Position numbers and translations under genes: made by a program. The notes beneath the pieces are model-generated. The model had not been told where the DNA came from and searched no databases. It was given only the letters and a program-made list of their open reading frames with translations. Positions 1-10,465 of a DNA stretch of 64,000 bases are shown in pieces (position 1 is the first letter of the stretch; every line of letters begins with the position of its first letter). This DNA comes from a virus: the IMG/VR virus record IMGVR_UViG_3300045988_163070, one strand, 5' to 3'.

Positions 1-1081
1 CAACACCTTTCAACAAGATTTGACGGTCATTCATCTTGATAATAGGATTCGCTTTATTCAAGTCTGTCACAACAGCAGCATTGGTAAATGTAATAACCAT
101 ACCATTGAGCATTAAGTCATACGGTTTCGTGAACTCAACAATAGTGTCTTTACCTCCATTATGGCTTTCAACAGATTTCACACTACCAGCTTCCCCTTTA
201 ATGATAGTATCTTTGATGATACTTTCAACAGGAAGAACACCGGTATGATTAGTGATACCCAGCAAATTCTCACCGTTTCCATCACCAAACAACATATTCC
301 AGTCTTCCGCAAGCCATACAGCCTCCGGTAGCATATTCAGAATATAACTTCTGATGAAAACACGACTCTTCAACATACGCTTGGAAATTCTGATATGAGT
401 ACCAAGTCGTTTCGTACCTGTCTGAATTTCCTTCATCTTAATGCTTGATTCCGGTAAACGACCGTTTTCAGTTACGTACCGTGCATTCCTGTCGAAGTCA
501 TACACCTGTGTAAAGGCGAGCTGCGTATATGTAGGATCACCCTGCAAAGTCGTAATGACATTACGCATATGAATTTTCTGATTACTTACCTGGCTAACAA
601 CACGGTTCTGCTGTTGGGTAATCATGATTTCACCGCTGTAATTGTCGGTCATGGACACAATATCTTTCAAGCTGAATCCCTCAAAAGAACCTGTTTTACG
701 GCTGTGACCGGCTGCAAACTCCTTGAACTTCTCACTATCAAGCATTTCGCTCAATTTCTCGTCGAACTTATTGATAGTATCCATAGATAAGCCTTTTTGC
801 TTCATTTTCTCGATACTTTCACCCAAGTTCTTAACTTGATCGACAAGTTGCTCATTGTCTCTCACAAGCTGCTTGAATACTTCACTATCATAAGATTTAA
901 GTAAAGCATTGACATCTTTGAACTTTTCAGTTACTTCATCCGGAGTAAGCATTCCCTCAAGAGATTTGTTCATTACATCACACATCATATTTGCGATGTT
1001 TTCCATAAAGGACTTTTGCTCTGCAGGAAGTCCGTCCATTTTCAGACTCAAATCTGATACTACAAATTTTTTAATAGGCAT
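1..1081 (-). CDS. major capsid protein, HK97-fold type (5-prime part; gene continues beyond window start)
   Basis: Minus-strand frame starts at ATG 1079-1081 (MPIKKFVVSDLSLKMDGLPAEQKSF...) and appears to stay open to the window edge (translated by eye, frame spot-checked at 541-601). It is absent from the ORF track because it has no stop in the window. An N-terminal coiled-coil region is followed by ...TLQGDPTYTQLAFTQVYDFDRNARYVTENG.... It lies directly downstream of the prohead protease, as in HK97-like head modules. Confidence 0.7.
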   Translation of the reverse strand, partial: MPIKKFVVSDLSLKMDGLPAEQKSFMENIANMMCDVMNKSLEGMLTPDEVTEKFKDVNALLKSYDSEVFKQLVRDNEQLVDQVKNLGESIEKMKQKGLSMDTINKFDEKLSEMLDSEKFKEFAAGHSRKTGSFEGFSLKDIVSMTDNYSGEIMITQQQNRVVSQVSNQKIHMRNVITTLQGDPTYTQLAFTQVYDFDRNARYVTENGRLPESSIKMKEIQTGTKRLGTHIRISKRMLKSRVFIRSYILNMLPEAVWLAEDWNMLFGDGNGENLLGITNHTGVLPVESIIKDTIIKGEAGSVKSVESHNGGKDTIVEFTKPYDLMLNGMVITFTNAAVVTDLNKANPIIKMNDRQILLKGV

Positions 1082-1098
1082 AAAATTCAAATTTTAAG

Positions 1099-2172
1099 TT
1101 ATTTATTCTCGAAACAACTATTCAGACTTTTGAAATCGAATAAAGTGCCATTATTAGCGGCTTTAGTCGTTACTCCACCGTTACCATTTTCCCGGTCATT
1201 CTTTTCTTGAGTGTCAACAAACGGCTCATTCTTTCTGGTAGTATCTTCTGGAGCATTTTGTAGAATAGCATTCGAACGATATACTTTTCCCCAACAATGG
1301 GGACATCTTACATAATTCATAAGGTCCTGCAGGCTCTTTTGAGTGAATTCTTTCTCCTCTGATTTTACAGAATCAATAAGAGAAATTACTTGAGTTCTAA
1401 TCTCTGGAGTGAGCTTCTCCATCTCTTCCCTTACGATGTCCTGCGTTATCCATCTTTGATAATCGGCAGCGTAATCTAATACCTGTTGTGCAAAGGTATG
1501 CTCAGTTTCTGCATCATAATCAAATTGATGCCCGCAATGAGGACATGAGACAACGGCACCACCGTTAAGACTCTTAAGCAATAAATTTAATTCCATATCG
1601 TAACCTTTTAAACGTTCATTACTATATCCATGCTGCAAGAACGCCTTTCGGACGAAATCGACAGCCTCCTTCACTTGGTCGGCAGTAGCTGATTTGATAT
1701 TTACAAGGAAAGTCTGTGGATTGCTCCCCCAACTTGTCAATGTGGAATATTCCATCATACGCCATTCAAGTACTTTACAAGGGTCTGCCAAATCTCTTTT
1801 GATAGCTTTGACTCCGATAGAGTGTTCAAGTGTTCTTCCATTCTCCGCAAACAGCTTATAATCAGCTAACGTGTCACGCCCAATCTGTTTTTCAAGATTC
1901 AACTGACCAACCATTACCAAGTTACCTTCTGTTTCTTTACCACTCAATGGAACACCTAACAATTGGTCAGGACGATGATTCAAGAACCAACGCATACGAC
2001 CAATGTTTTCCTTTAATGTCTTGTTGAATGATCCTGGCATGGATATGTCTTTCTGTGAGTCCTTCACACCGATACCGTTCACTGCAACAGTAACAATACC
2101 CTTCTCATCAACATCATTTGCCTTTGTCTTGTACTGAAGGCTTTTGATTTTCTCTTCCATTTTCAACTTCAC
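1099..2172 (-). CDS. prohead (HK97-family, S78-like) protease with C-terminal extension carrying two CPHC motifs
   Basis: The N-terminal half (GIVTVAVNGIGVKDSQKDISMPGSFNKTL...WFLNHRPDQLLGVP...LEHSIGV) matches the HK97 prohead protease pattern. It sits between the portal and capsid genes. The likely true start is ATG at 2158-2160 (MEEK...). Confidence 0.75.
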   Translation of the reverse strand: MKLKMEEKIKSLQYKTKANDVDEKGIVTVAVNGIGVKDSQKDISMPGSFNKTLKENIGRMRWFLNHRPDQLLGVPLSGKETEGNLVMVGQLNLEKQIGRDTLADYKLFAENGRTLEHSIGVKAIKRDLADPCKVLEWRMMEYSTLTSWGSNPQTFLVNIKSATADQVKEAVDFVRKAFLQHGYSNERLKGYDMELNLLLKSLNGGAVVSCPHCGHQFDYDAETEHTFAQQVLDYAADYQRWITQDIVREEMEKLTPEIRTQVISLIDSVKSEEKEFTQKSLQDLMNYVRCPHCWGKVYRSNAILQNAPEDTTRKNEPFVDTQEKNDRENGNGGVTTKAANNGTLFDFKSLNSCFENK

Positions 2173-3553
2173 TTTTTGTGTTAAGACTAAATATTTGTTT
2201 AACTATCTCTCGTTCCTGGTCCGACATTTCAAATAATGTTTTATCGAACATAGGTTCTTCAAATTTACTTTCACCGATTTGTGCACGCCAATCATTGTAG
2301 GTTATTAAGCCGCTAAGAAACTGGTCTTTGCACCTGGCATTCACATTGTTTTTAACTTCCTCGGCCTCTTTTAATCCTTCTTGCAGGCAATCTACGTCGG
2401 AGAAATCACAGTCCAAATAATATCCGCTTGATTCAAGTCCCAAAAATTGGGTAAACTCACTACAAAACTGTTTGGCTAATGGAATGATAACAGAGGAATA
2501 GACACTCTTCTCTGCCGTAGATTGATTGCTAAAAGTAGACTGGTCTTTGCGAGGAACCAATACAGCAGGAATACCATATGCACCTGCAATACTAATTGCA
2601 TCAGCAAGTGTTTCCTCAAAAGGTTGAAGTTCTGCAATAGTAAGATTCGTACGTACAAAGCTTAATGGAATATCAGACAGTCCGTATGGTAATTGATTCT
2701 TGCCTACACCATATTTACCATAATGCTGTTCCAATATTTCTTTCTTCTCATCAGATGTCATAGCAATAGGACCGGATTCATCTTGCTTCATATTGATTAG
2801 AAATCCTAATCCACCCCGTTTTACATAAATCACATTACGAGCTTCATACACAGCTATAAGGTTTGATATCGGCTTCATTTGCGAAAAAAGACGACTTCGC
2901 GATTTCATAAATCCACTTCCTGAATAATAGTTCACATGCCCATCCCTATCATGCCATATTTGATATGCGGGAATGTTCACTGTGCTTAATATACCATAGC
3001 CTAAGCGGTAGCCGTCGATTATTTCATCCTGATCGGCTATGCCAAACAACGGAATACTACTACCTAAAACAGGAAGCACTTCTACACAATCAGCAGGAAG
3101 CTCCCAATAATTTGAGCAATAACGCCATTTTTCTACATTCGAAAAGCTATCAGACATTGCAGCACGTATAAAGCTGTTACCAAGACATAGTTTGTACACG
3201 AAATGCTGATAAACATTCTGTCTCCATGTCATCAGGCAATTAGGTCTAAGAAGTATCTGATTTAAATTCTTATTATTCCAAACAATACTATCATCTTTCA
3301 CTTTCTTGAACTGGAAGTTGGCATTGGCAATACGGGATGCAATATAATCTATCGGAAAAAAAACTTCCGGAACAGATTCAAAAAGAGATAGTAAGTTCCG
3401 AGAACAAACAAACGGAGAAGAAAATAAATCTTCAACAGTTATTTTGATCCCTTCAGGAAGTTTCTTTTCCTCGCCCGTATCACTAATAACTTCTACATTA
3501 GTCTCCTGTACAGGCTCTTCTTCTGACTTAGATTTTTTACGAAACCAGCTCAT
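2114..3553 (-). CDS. portal protein
   Basis: 479-aa ORF immediately downstream of the large terminase and upstream of the prohead protease. The size and position are typical of HK97-family portals. Confidence 0.7.
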   Translation of the reverse strand: MSWFRKKSKSEEEPVQETNVEVISDTGEEKKLPEGIKITVEDLFSSPFVCSRNLLSLFESVPEVFFPIDYIASRIANANFQFKKVKDDSIVWNNKNLNQILLRPNCLMTWRQNVYQHFVYKLCLGNSFIRAAMSDSFSNVEKWRYCSNYWELPADCVEVLPVLGSSIPLFGIADQDEIIDGYRLGYGILSTVNIPAYQIWHDRDGHVNYYSGSGFMKSRSRLFSQMKPISNLIAVYEARNVIYVKRGGLGFLINMKQDESGPIAMTSDEKKEILEQHYGKYGVGKNQLPYGLSDIPLSFVRTNLTIAELQPFEETLADAISIAGAYGIPAVLVPRKDQSTFSNQSTAEKSVYSSVIIPLAKQFCSEFTQFLGLESSGYYLDCDFSDVDCLQEGLKEAEEVKNNVNARCKDQFLSGLITYNDWRAQIGESKFEEPMFDKTLFEMSDQEREIVKQIFSLNTKSEVENGRENQKPSVQDKGK

Positions 3554-3668
3554 TCATTTTTTATTTGAAACAAATGTAGGAATATGAATAATCGGTTTCT
3601 CAAAGCACTTAAATCTTGAAAAATGAGAAACACGAAAAGCCAGCCTTAACAAACTATATAACAACCAA

Positions 3669-5699
3669 TTAAACTACTGATAATTCGGGAAACGATTTTA
3701 TTATATGATATGCAAGACCACTTAAAATAATGCTTGCACTCTTATTCTCGCTGTTTATGTTATAGTCCATCAGGTTAGTAATGAAATCATGGTAATCTTG
3801 AGATTCCTCTAACATCTTTGATGATAGCAAAAAGTTATTTCTTATAAAATCAGAGGTAGCAGCTATTCGCTTATCCACATCGGAGAACTCTTTCTTTACT
3901 CTTACTTCTGTGTCTTTCACAAGTTCTCTCAACTCACGTACAGTCTGATAATAGGCAGATGAACATTCAAAGAGACACGTATTGGCCTTGTGCTCTAAAC
4001 ATGCAGTCTTAATTTCCTCTATGGAAGATGTCTCTCTAAACAAGGCATCAGTTAAATGCCACTTATCACCACATCGAAATGCCTGAACGAGAACAAATGT
4101 ACCATCCACATTCGGCATGACATATACAAGCCGCTGCGAGTAAGCATTTCGTGCTTCTGTATTGAAGAATCCAAGCATGCCTTTACCTCCATATAAGTTT
4201 CTCTTTCTCCGGTTACTAAATTCAGTATACTGGTCATAGCATAAGTCAAACATGATATACCTAAAACAATCTGATAAATGACCATGTTCCTCATAAGTTT
4301 GCATAGTTGTTTTATTCTTCACCTTCGCTTTAAGAATAGCACCGTTGGCATCCTTCTGCACACTCATATAATCTTCAAGAGATACAGAGCAACTTTCATC
4401 AATATAGATTTCGATACCAGGAATAATACAATCAAAGATAGCATTAATAAATTCGCCGGTCATGGCAACACTCGGATTCTTGTTACCTACCTTATCCTCA
4501 ATCTCGAATCCTTCTTTCTGCAAAGTGGATATAAACAAATCCATCCATGAACGCTTTTCGTCATCAAAACTATTAGCAGCTTTCGTGGAAGCGTCGCCAT
4601 GGACATAAAGTTTTTCACTGTATTGAATAGATTTCAAATACTTAGCAACAAGTTTAGAAGCTTTCTTGACCGTATTGTTCGGGCTTTCAGCACACGTCTC
4701 ATGGAATTGCCAAATTTTGGTACCGATAGTGAAATCAACTTGCCAATAGGATATACTGATATATGGAAGGACGTTATTATCAACAGAGATATGAATAGGT
4801 AGGCCCGGAACATAGTTGTGCTCACAGGAATGTTTGCCACGATTGAAGGAACCGAAGAACTCGCTACCGGTACGAATGACACCCCATTCCCCTAACGCAT
4901 ACACATTGTAATAGTCCGGATCATTGATACGGTCTTTTTCAAAATCGGCAACACATTGTTCATCGTAGTAACCGTATGTACCATCAGGAGAACCGACTAC
5001 CCAGAAGTTGTTTAAATACGTAGACTGAATCAGAACTGTATCACTTGGATGCTCTACAATCTTCTTTGTCCGGGCATTCATTATCTGTTTTGGCTCATTC
5101 ATCCGGAGCGATTTCACCTCTGTTAGCTCACTGGGTATCTTCTTCCCTCCCAGTATAACTTCCATAGGAACATCATGGAACTTATCCTTATCAAAGATTT
5201 CCTTTTTAATCCAGTGTGTAATCTTGATCGGATTGAACGAACAGATAATTTGCTGGCCATGCTTACCACGCAAACGTTTTCTGATCTGTTTAAAATCCCC
5301 ATGTTCAAAATCAGAGAACTCTTCCAGGAACACACGTTTATAATTTTCCAAACCTTTGATCTTCTCTGAGTCATCTAATCCGGAGAAGGTTATCTTAGCA
5401 CCATTGAGCAAACAGATAATACGTCTTTCTTTGAAATCAAATAAATCGTAGACATTCAAAGTTTTTGCAGCTTCCTTGAAGGCTTCATAAATAGAGTCTT
5501 TTAGGGCAGAACCGACCTTACGAAATACCTTCGTATTCTCTCCATCCTGCAAAGTCATGATCAAGATAGATTGAGCAATACTAAAAGACTTAGCAGAAGA
5601 AGAACCACCATATAGGATAATAAAACGTAATGTAGCATCCTGTAGATACTTCAACAGGTAAAACGCATTTGGATTTAATTTCTTATGGTTTATAATCAT
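3669..5699 (-). CDS. terL: terminase large subunit
   Basis: Walker A-like ILYGGSSSAKSFSIAQ near the N-terminus, 676 aa, sitting between the small terminase and the portal. Confidence 0.85.
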   Translation of the reverse strand: MIINHKKLNPNAFYLLKYLQDATLRFIILYGGSSSAKSFSIAQSILIMTLQDGENTKVFRKVGSALKDSIYEAFKEAAKTLNVYDLFDFKERRIICLLNGAKITFSGLDDSEKIKGLENYKRVFLEEFSDFEHGDFKQIRKRLRGKHGQQIICSFNPIKITHWIKKEIFDKDKFHDVPMEVILGGKKIPSELTEVKSLRMNEPKQIMNARTKKIVEHPSDTVLIQSTYLNNFWVVGSPDGTYGYYDEQCVADFEKDRINDPDYYNVYALGEWGVIRTGSEFFGSFNRGKHSCEHNYVPGLPIHISVDNNVLPYISISYWQVDFTIGTKIWQFHETCAESPNNTVKKASKLVAKYLKSIQYSEKLYVHGDASTKAANSFDDEKRSWMDLFISTLQKEGFEIEDKVGNKNPSVAMTGEFINAIFDCIIPGIEIYIDESCSVSLEDYMSVQKDANGAILKAKVKNKTTMQTYEEHGHLSDCFRYIMFDLCYDQYTEFSNRRKRNLYGGKGMLGFFNTEARNAYSQRLVYVMPNVDGTFVLVQAFRCGDKWHLTDALFRETSSIEEIKTACLEHKANTCLFECSSAYYQTVRELRELVKDTEVRVKKEFSDVDKRIAATSDFIRNNFLLSSKMLEESQDYHDFITNLMDYNINSENKSASIILSGLAYHIIKSFPELSVV

Positions 5700-5795
5700 C
5701 TTCTGACACTTTGCTTTTACTCACAGTCGGAATAACAATCATTTTTGCTTGTTTTTCCTATCTTTTTGTAATAGTAGAAACATTCTATCTAAATG

Positions 5796-6329
5796 CTACT
5801 TATCTTCATCATCAAATCCGATGCGTAACTCACCGATCTTCTTTCCATCACCACCGTTCAAGGTGACGTTTTTGTCCGCCTCCCATCCATTCCAAGCCCC
5901 TAATAGCCGGGCCGCTTCTGTTTTACCATGATATTCATAGATGACTTCTCCCCTTTTATTTTGTACCTTCTTCAATGCATTCCGGGCACGCTTCGGAAGT
6001 TGAGACGGGCTTCTCATCTTTATTTTTCCGGTTACAGGATCAATATAATGCAAATCATCAGTATCAGCCTGAACAATATCCATAAGCACTTTCTCGACAG
6101 CCAATCGTTTTATCTCAGAGTCCTTCGCTCTCTGGCTCTTTATCTCTTCTATCCTTAGACTAACCTTAGAGTTTTTAAGAAGTCTACAAGCGGTAACCCA
6201 AATGGACTCAGCTTTCATCTTCGAGGCATCATAAGCCATACGATAGGCTTCGCTTGCATTTCCTTCCGTATCTACATAGTACTTACAGAAATTCTCTTGT
6301 TTGAATGTTAATGGTTTCTCTTCACTCAT
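5796..6329 (-). CDS. terS: terminase small subunit
   Basis: N-terminus LTFKQENFCKYYVDTEGNASEAYRMAYDAS...ACRLLKNSKV matches the Terminase_2-type small-subunit pattern. Directly upstream of terL. Confidence 0.7.
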   Translation of the reverse strand: MSEEKPLTFKQENFCKYYVDTEGNASEAYRMAYDASKMKAESIWVTACRLLKNSKVSLRIEEIKSQRAKDSEIKRLAVEKVLMDIVQADTDDLHYIDPVTGKIKMRSPSQLPKRARNALKKVQNKRGEVIYEYHGKTEAARLLGAWNGWEADKNVTLNGGDGKKIGELRIGFDDEDK

Positions 6330-6420
6330 ATACTTTTATTATAAAATCCTACATGGAGAAACGATGATTGTAACTCGACATGCAGGAATAAATCAGAATG
6401 GTTGTATATCCACAGGATTC

Positions 6421-6582
6421 TTATCTCTCCGCCTCAGCATTTTTTTGAGAATTGTCTTTTCTCCGCATAGCGAATATTTTCATTACACCGTCTTCTACAG
6501 AGGTATAGGACAAAGGTACTAAATAGACATTCCGGTTTACAGATTGCTTGAAATTGTCAAAATTACGTTTTTCGTTAATCAT
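6421..6582 (-). CDS. hypothetical small protein (53 aa)
   Basis: Hand-translated minus-strand ORF MINEKRNFDNFKQSVNRNVYLVPLSYTSVEDGVMKIFAMRRKDNSQKNAEAER, below the ORF-track size cut-off, upstream of terS. No motif recognised. Confidence 0.2.
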   Translation of the reverse strand: MINEKRNFDNFKQSVNRNVYLVPLSYTSVEDGVMKIFAMRRKDNSQKNAEAER

Positions 6583-7067
6583 CTAAATTTCAAGTGGTTT
6601 ATGGTACCTAACCAGATTTGCAAAATACATAGTCGTCGCCGGTTGGATATTTGCAATGTTTATCAATGGTCGGTTACAACCTACAGCGAAGATAAGTCCC
6701 TCGATAATATCATCTAAGTAAAGCACCGGATATTCTGACTACAATTGTATAAAGAAGCCTTTTCCTCATTAAGTAGAAACCAGAGAAGAGTTCTTTCGCG
6801 GGGATCGGGTCCATATACATTATACAATCACCATCTGGTTACAATCTTACAATAGATTGAGCATACTGTTATTTAAAAATTGACTAATACCGTATAAATT
6901 TGTAGCATTCTTTAGATTTATAATCGACGAATTAAAACGGATAAATATCATCTGATATAAATACTAATAATACATGTTCAAATTAATATTATCTTTTCAA
7001 ATAACCATTAAATAAAATGATTTTTATCACTACATTATAAAATAGAATGATCTTTAAAATATTTCAT

Positions 7068-7075
7068 TATCTTTG
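7068..7075 (+). promoter_or_regulatory. candidate Bacteroides -7 promoter box (TATCTTTG) upstream of zorA
   Basis: Exact TAnnTTTG match about 90 nt upstream of the zorA ATG in an AT-rich non-coding stretch. No clean -33 TTTG seen. Confidence 0.3.
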
Positions 7076-7163
7076 CAGCCATTGATACATACTCTTAACA
7101 AGATAAATTGTATTCAATATAAAGTTTGCAAATATAAAACATAAATATAAAATACAATATTAA

Positions 7164-8753
7164 ATGGACTTTTCACTTGACAAATCAACAATCATATGGC
7201 TTATAGCAATTGTTGCTGGTACCTGTTCTCTATATCTATATATCAAAAAGCTAAAGGACAAAAACAAATTAATATCAAATCGTCGCTTAGTCGAAAACAT
7301 CCCTTCAATTATTTCTACAATCGGTGTACTAGGTACTTTCTATGGGATTACCAGTGGACTTCTTTCATTTAATTCTGATGACCTTGATACAAGTATTCCC
7401 GCATTATTAGATGGTTTAAAAACAGCCTTCTTTACTTCGATTGCTGGTATGGTATGTTCATTAATTATGTCTAAGATAATCAATTCTTATTTTGATAAAG
7501 CTGATGATGGCATTTCAGATGCAAATCAAGCTGCATCACAAATATGTAAAGCAGTACAAGAAATGAGCCAAAAGAACATAGCTATCCTTAATGCCTTAAA
7601 AGAACAATCCGAAAACCAAGCTAAAAATCAAACAGCCTTTTATCGTTCAGTTGGTGATATCCTTATTGCCCTTCAAACATCCCATACCAACACTGAATCT
7701 GCTATTAATTCTATGGTGATTCTATCACGTAGTCAAGAAACTACAGTCAATGATCTGAGAAGCAAAGTTGAAAGTATGACTCTATCCCTTGGAGCGGTAG
7801 AAGAAAACTCTACCATTCAAACAGCCACTCTTTCAAACATTCAACAACAAACAAAAGAACTATCCAATACAGATCGTAATATCAGTGAAATGCTTGACAT
7901 TCTTTCTGGTATGAGTAATATACAAGAGGAAATATCAGAAGAGACCAAGGCTTTTGGTGGAAAACTCCATTCTGAAGTTGTCGAGATTGAAGATAAGATG
8001 GATGCTACTAATCAACTCTTAACTTCCAAATTTGACGAATTTTCTGAGCTTCTGAAAAAAAGCAATACTGAAGCTCTTGTTGAAGTAATGAAGACTGTGA
8101 CTGAAGAGTTCCAAAAACAGATGAACTCACTTATTAATAAACTTATTCAAGAGAACTTTGATCAACTTAACAAGAGTGTAGAAAAACTTAATACTTGGCA
8201 ACAAGAGAACAAAGCAATGATTTCTTCACTCACTCAACAGTATAAAGAAATGGCTAGTAACTTTGAGAGTACTTCTACTACACTCTCACAAGTTGGTGAC
8301 GATACAAGAACTCTTGTTAGTGAAGGTGGTAAACTCAAACAACTTATTGATTCTCTTAATCAAGTTATCGTTGAAGACCAAAAATTCATTGATGTTTCCA
8401 ACAAACTCCAAGAAACAGCAAACATATCAAAAGAAAATATGGAGAAATTTGATGAATCAACGAAAATTCTTAATGATTGGGTTCGTAAACAACGTAATTT
8501 TGTGGATGGCGTCCAACTTCTCATTGAGAAACTAGATGAATTAAATAAAATCCGTGATTATAGTGAACAGTTTTGGAAAGGTACAAAAGAAAAGATGGAA
8601 GAAGGAGTTAGTATAATAACACAGGGTTCTCAGACCCTTAACTCCCAATTAACTTCACTTGATCGTCAATTTTATAATCGATTAGGCGCTACGCTTGCTG
8701 AGCTTGATAACTGTATCACTAAAATGGTCGAACACGTAAATAATCGCAAATAA
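7164..8753 (+). CDS. zorA: ZorA-like protein (MotA/ExbB-type membrane domain plus long coiled-coil tail)
   Basis: N-terminal TM helices with MotA/ExbB-like motifs (IISTIGVLGTFYGITSGL, AFFTSIAGMVCSLIM), followed by about 400 aa of heptad-rich, Q/E/K/L/S-rich sequence. Immediately followed by a MotB/OmpA-like gene and an HNH gene. Confidence 0.75.
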   Translation: MDFSLDKSTIIWLIAIVAGTCSLYLYIKKLKDKNKLISNRRLVENIPSIISTIGVLGTFYGITSGLLSFNSDDLDTSIPALLDGLKTAFFTSIAGMVCSLIMSKIINSYFDKADDGISDANQAASQICKAVQEMSQKNIAILNALKEQSENQAKNQTAFYRSVGDILIALQTSHTNTESAINSMVILSRSQETTVNDLRSKVESMTLSLGAVEENSTIQTATLSNIQQQTKELSNTDRNISEMLDILSGMSNIQEEISEETKAFGGKLHSEVVEIEDKMDATNQLLTSKFDEFSELLKKSNTEALVEVMKTVTEEFQKQMNSLINKLIQENFDQLNKSVEKLNTWQQENKAMISSLTQQYKEMASNFESTSTTLSQVGDDTRTLVSEGGKLKQLIDSLNQVIVEDQKFIDVSNKLQETANISKENMEKFDESTKILNDWVRKQRNFVDGVQLLIEKLDELNKIRDYSEQFWKGTKEKMEEGVSIITQGSQTLNSQLTSLDRQFYNRLGATLAELDNCITKMVEHVNNRK

Positions 8754-8755
8754 CT

Positions 8756-9457
8756 ATGGCTAAGTCTAATGTTTGGATGTCAGTTTCCGACCTTATGACG
8801 GGTCTTATGGTTATATTTCTTTTTATAGCCATTGCTTACATTAGTCGTGTAAAACAGAATCAAACTGTATTAACTGACTATATTGAAACCAAGAATGAAC
8901 TTCATAACAAGCTTGTTAATGAGTTTGCAGGAGATACCTTACAATGGCAAATGGCCATTGGCAAAGATCTTTCTATGAAATTCAAAGAGCCTACTGTTCT
9001 TTTCGCCTCAGGATCAGCTGATCTTACTCCTCGATTCTGTCAAATCCTCAACAATTTCTTACCAAGATACTTCAACATCTTACTTAATGATAGTTTGCGT
9101 ACAAACATTCGAGAAATTCGTATCGAAGGACATACAGATAATGTGCCAATGCCTAGTTATGATACAGACTCCTATATTGCCAATGTCATTTTATCTCAAA
9201 AGCGTTCACTTAGTGTTCTAAAGTATTTTCGTAAAATGGAAGTTTTCAAAAAATACACATCAGAACAACAACGACTTCTTGAGTTCTGGTTTACAGCTAA
9301 TGGGCTTTCGTATGGAAAATCACTTGACAACAATGGTGATTACACAATTGTAACGGGAAATGATATTGATAAAAATAAATCCAGACGTGTTGAATTTCGA
9401 ATAGTGACGAGTGGTGATGAGATACTTGAAAATTTCGTAAATAAGAATAAAAACTAA
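8756..9457 (+). CDS. zorB: ZorB-like protein (MotB-type TM segment plus OmpA-like peptidoglycan-binding domain)
   Basis: WMSVSDLMTGLMVIFLFIAIAY resembles the MotB TM/plug region with its conserved Asp. The C-terminus IRIEGHTDNVP...LSQKRSLSVLKYF...RRVEFRIV is OmpA/MotB-like. Starts 3 nt after the zorA stop. Confidence 0.8.
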   Translation: MAKSNVWMSVSDLMTGLMVIFLFIAIAYISRVKQNQTVLTDYIETKNELHNKLVNEFAGDTLQWQMAIGKDLSMKFKEPTVLFASGSADLTPRFCQILNNFLPRYFNILLNDSLRTNIREIRIEGHTDNVPMPSYDTDSYIANVILSQKRSLSVLKYFRKMEVFKKYTSEQQRLLEFWFTANGLSYGKSLDNNGDYTIVTGNDIDKNKSRRVEFRIVTSGDEILENFVNKNKN

Positions 9458-9462
9458 GCTCT

Positions 9463-10299
9463 ATGGACAGTGAGGATCCTATTTATCAGTTTGACCATTT
9501 CAAATCTTTACTTTCCACTATGGGGATTGAAGTTGGAGAAGCCTCAGCTTGGTCTCCTGTCGGTACAATCGAAGTTCTTTCTGAAAATATCGGTAAGAAA
9601 ATAAAATTTGAAAGTAATGGCATATTTTACATTGATGACAATGGAAGTGAACATCAAGGTTTTATGTATAAAAGAGATTTTTATTTTCACGATTATGGAG
9701 AGAGAATGCCCAAATTCCATATAAGATACTGCCATACACTTGAGTGTTTTGGAAAAGAAGCTTATCGCTTTGCTAATAATGAACCTATCAAAGTTTTTGC
9801 ACGAGATAAAGCAATACGTCATGAAGTAGAAGTCTCCGGATTGCATCTATGTACCTATTGTTCTCAAATACTTGCAAATGAACTTGAGAATGAAATTCAT
9901 AATTCTACAGATTTCGTAGAATTCTTAAAACAAGCAGAAGGAATCGATCCCAATGATAACAGAGATACTGAAATTGATATTTTCGGGTATACCAAAAATT
10001 GGGAACAAATAAGTCAAGCATACAGATCCATTCACCAATTTACATGTGAACGTTGTGGTCTCCAGATCACTGAACCTTTTGATCAACATTTTATGCACAC
10101 ACACCATAAAAATGGAAACAAAACAGATAATAGAGAAGCTAACCTTGAATGCCTTTGCGTTCGCTGCCATTCAGAAGTGGATGATCGACATAAAAAACGT
10201 CTTTGCACAGGAGCAAATAGGATTATACTAGAAGATTTCAACGAGAAATACCCTTCCTTTAATAAAGATAGTTTAGAAGATAATGATTTAGCTTTCTAA
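9463..10299 (+). CDS. zorE: ZorE-like HNH endonuclease (Zorya type II effector)
   Basis: HNH core HTHHKNGNKTDNREANLECLCVRCHSEV at the C-terminus. Third gene of the zorA-zorB operon, 6 nt after zorB. Confidence 0.7.
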   Translation: MDSEDPIYQFDHFKSLLSTMGIEVGEASAWSPVGTIEVLSENIGKKIKFESNGIFYIDDNGSEHQGFMYKRDFYFHDYGERMPKFHIRYCHTLECFGKEAYRFANNEPIKVFARDKAIRHEVEVSGLHLCTYCSQILANELENEIHNSTDFVEFLKQAEGIDPNDNRDTEIDIFGYTKNWEQISQAYRSIHQFTCERCGLQITEPFDQHFMHTHHKNGNKTDNREANLECLCVRCHSEVDDRHKKRLCTGANRIILEDFNEKYPSFNKDSLEDNDLAF

Positions 10300-10465
10300 T
10301 ACAATTACATTCAACCATAAAAGGGAAAAATATGTAAAAAATTTAATCAAACCCGTTTACTTCTTTAAAAAAGGAACACGAATTGTATTACCGCTTTCCC
10401 ACTAGCCCAATTTAGTTGAATCTTGTTATCTTTTCATTCACGATAAACTGTATATTGGGAAGATA

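Noticed and set aside
8263-8535. 90-aa plus-strand ORF nested in zorA
   Set aside because: It is an alternative frame inside the well-supported 529-aa ZorA-like ORF, and there is no independent evidence for it.
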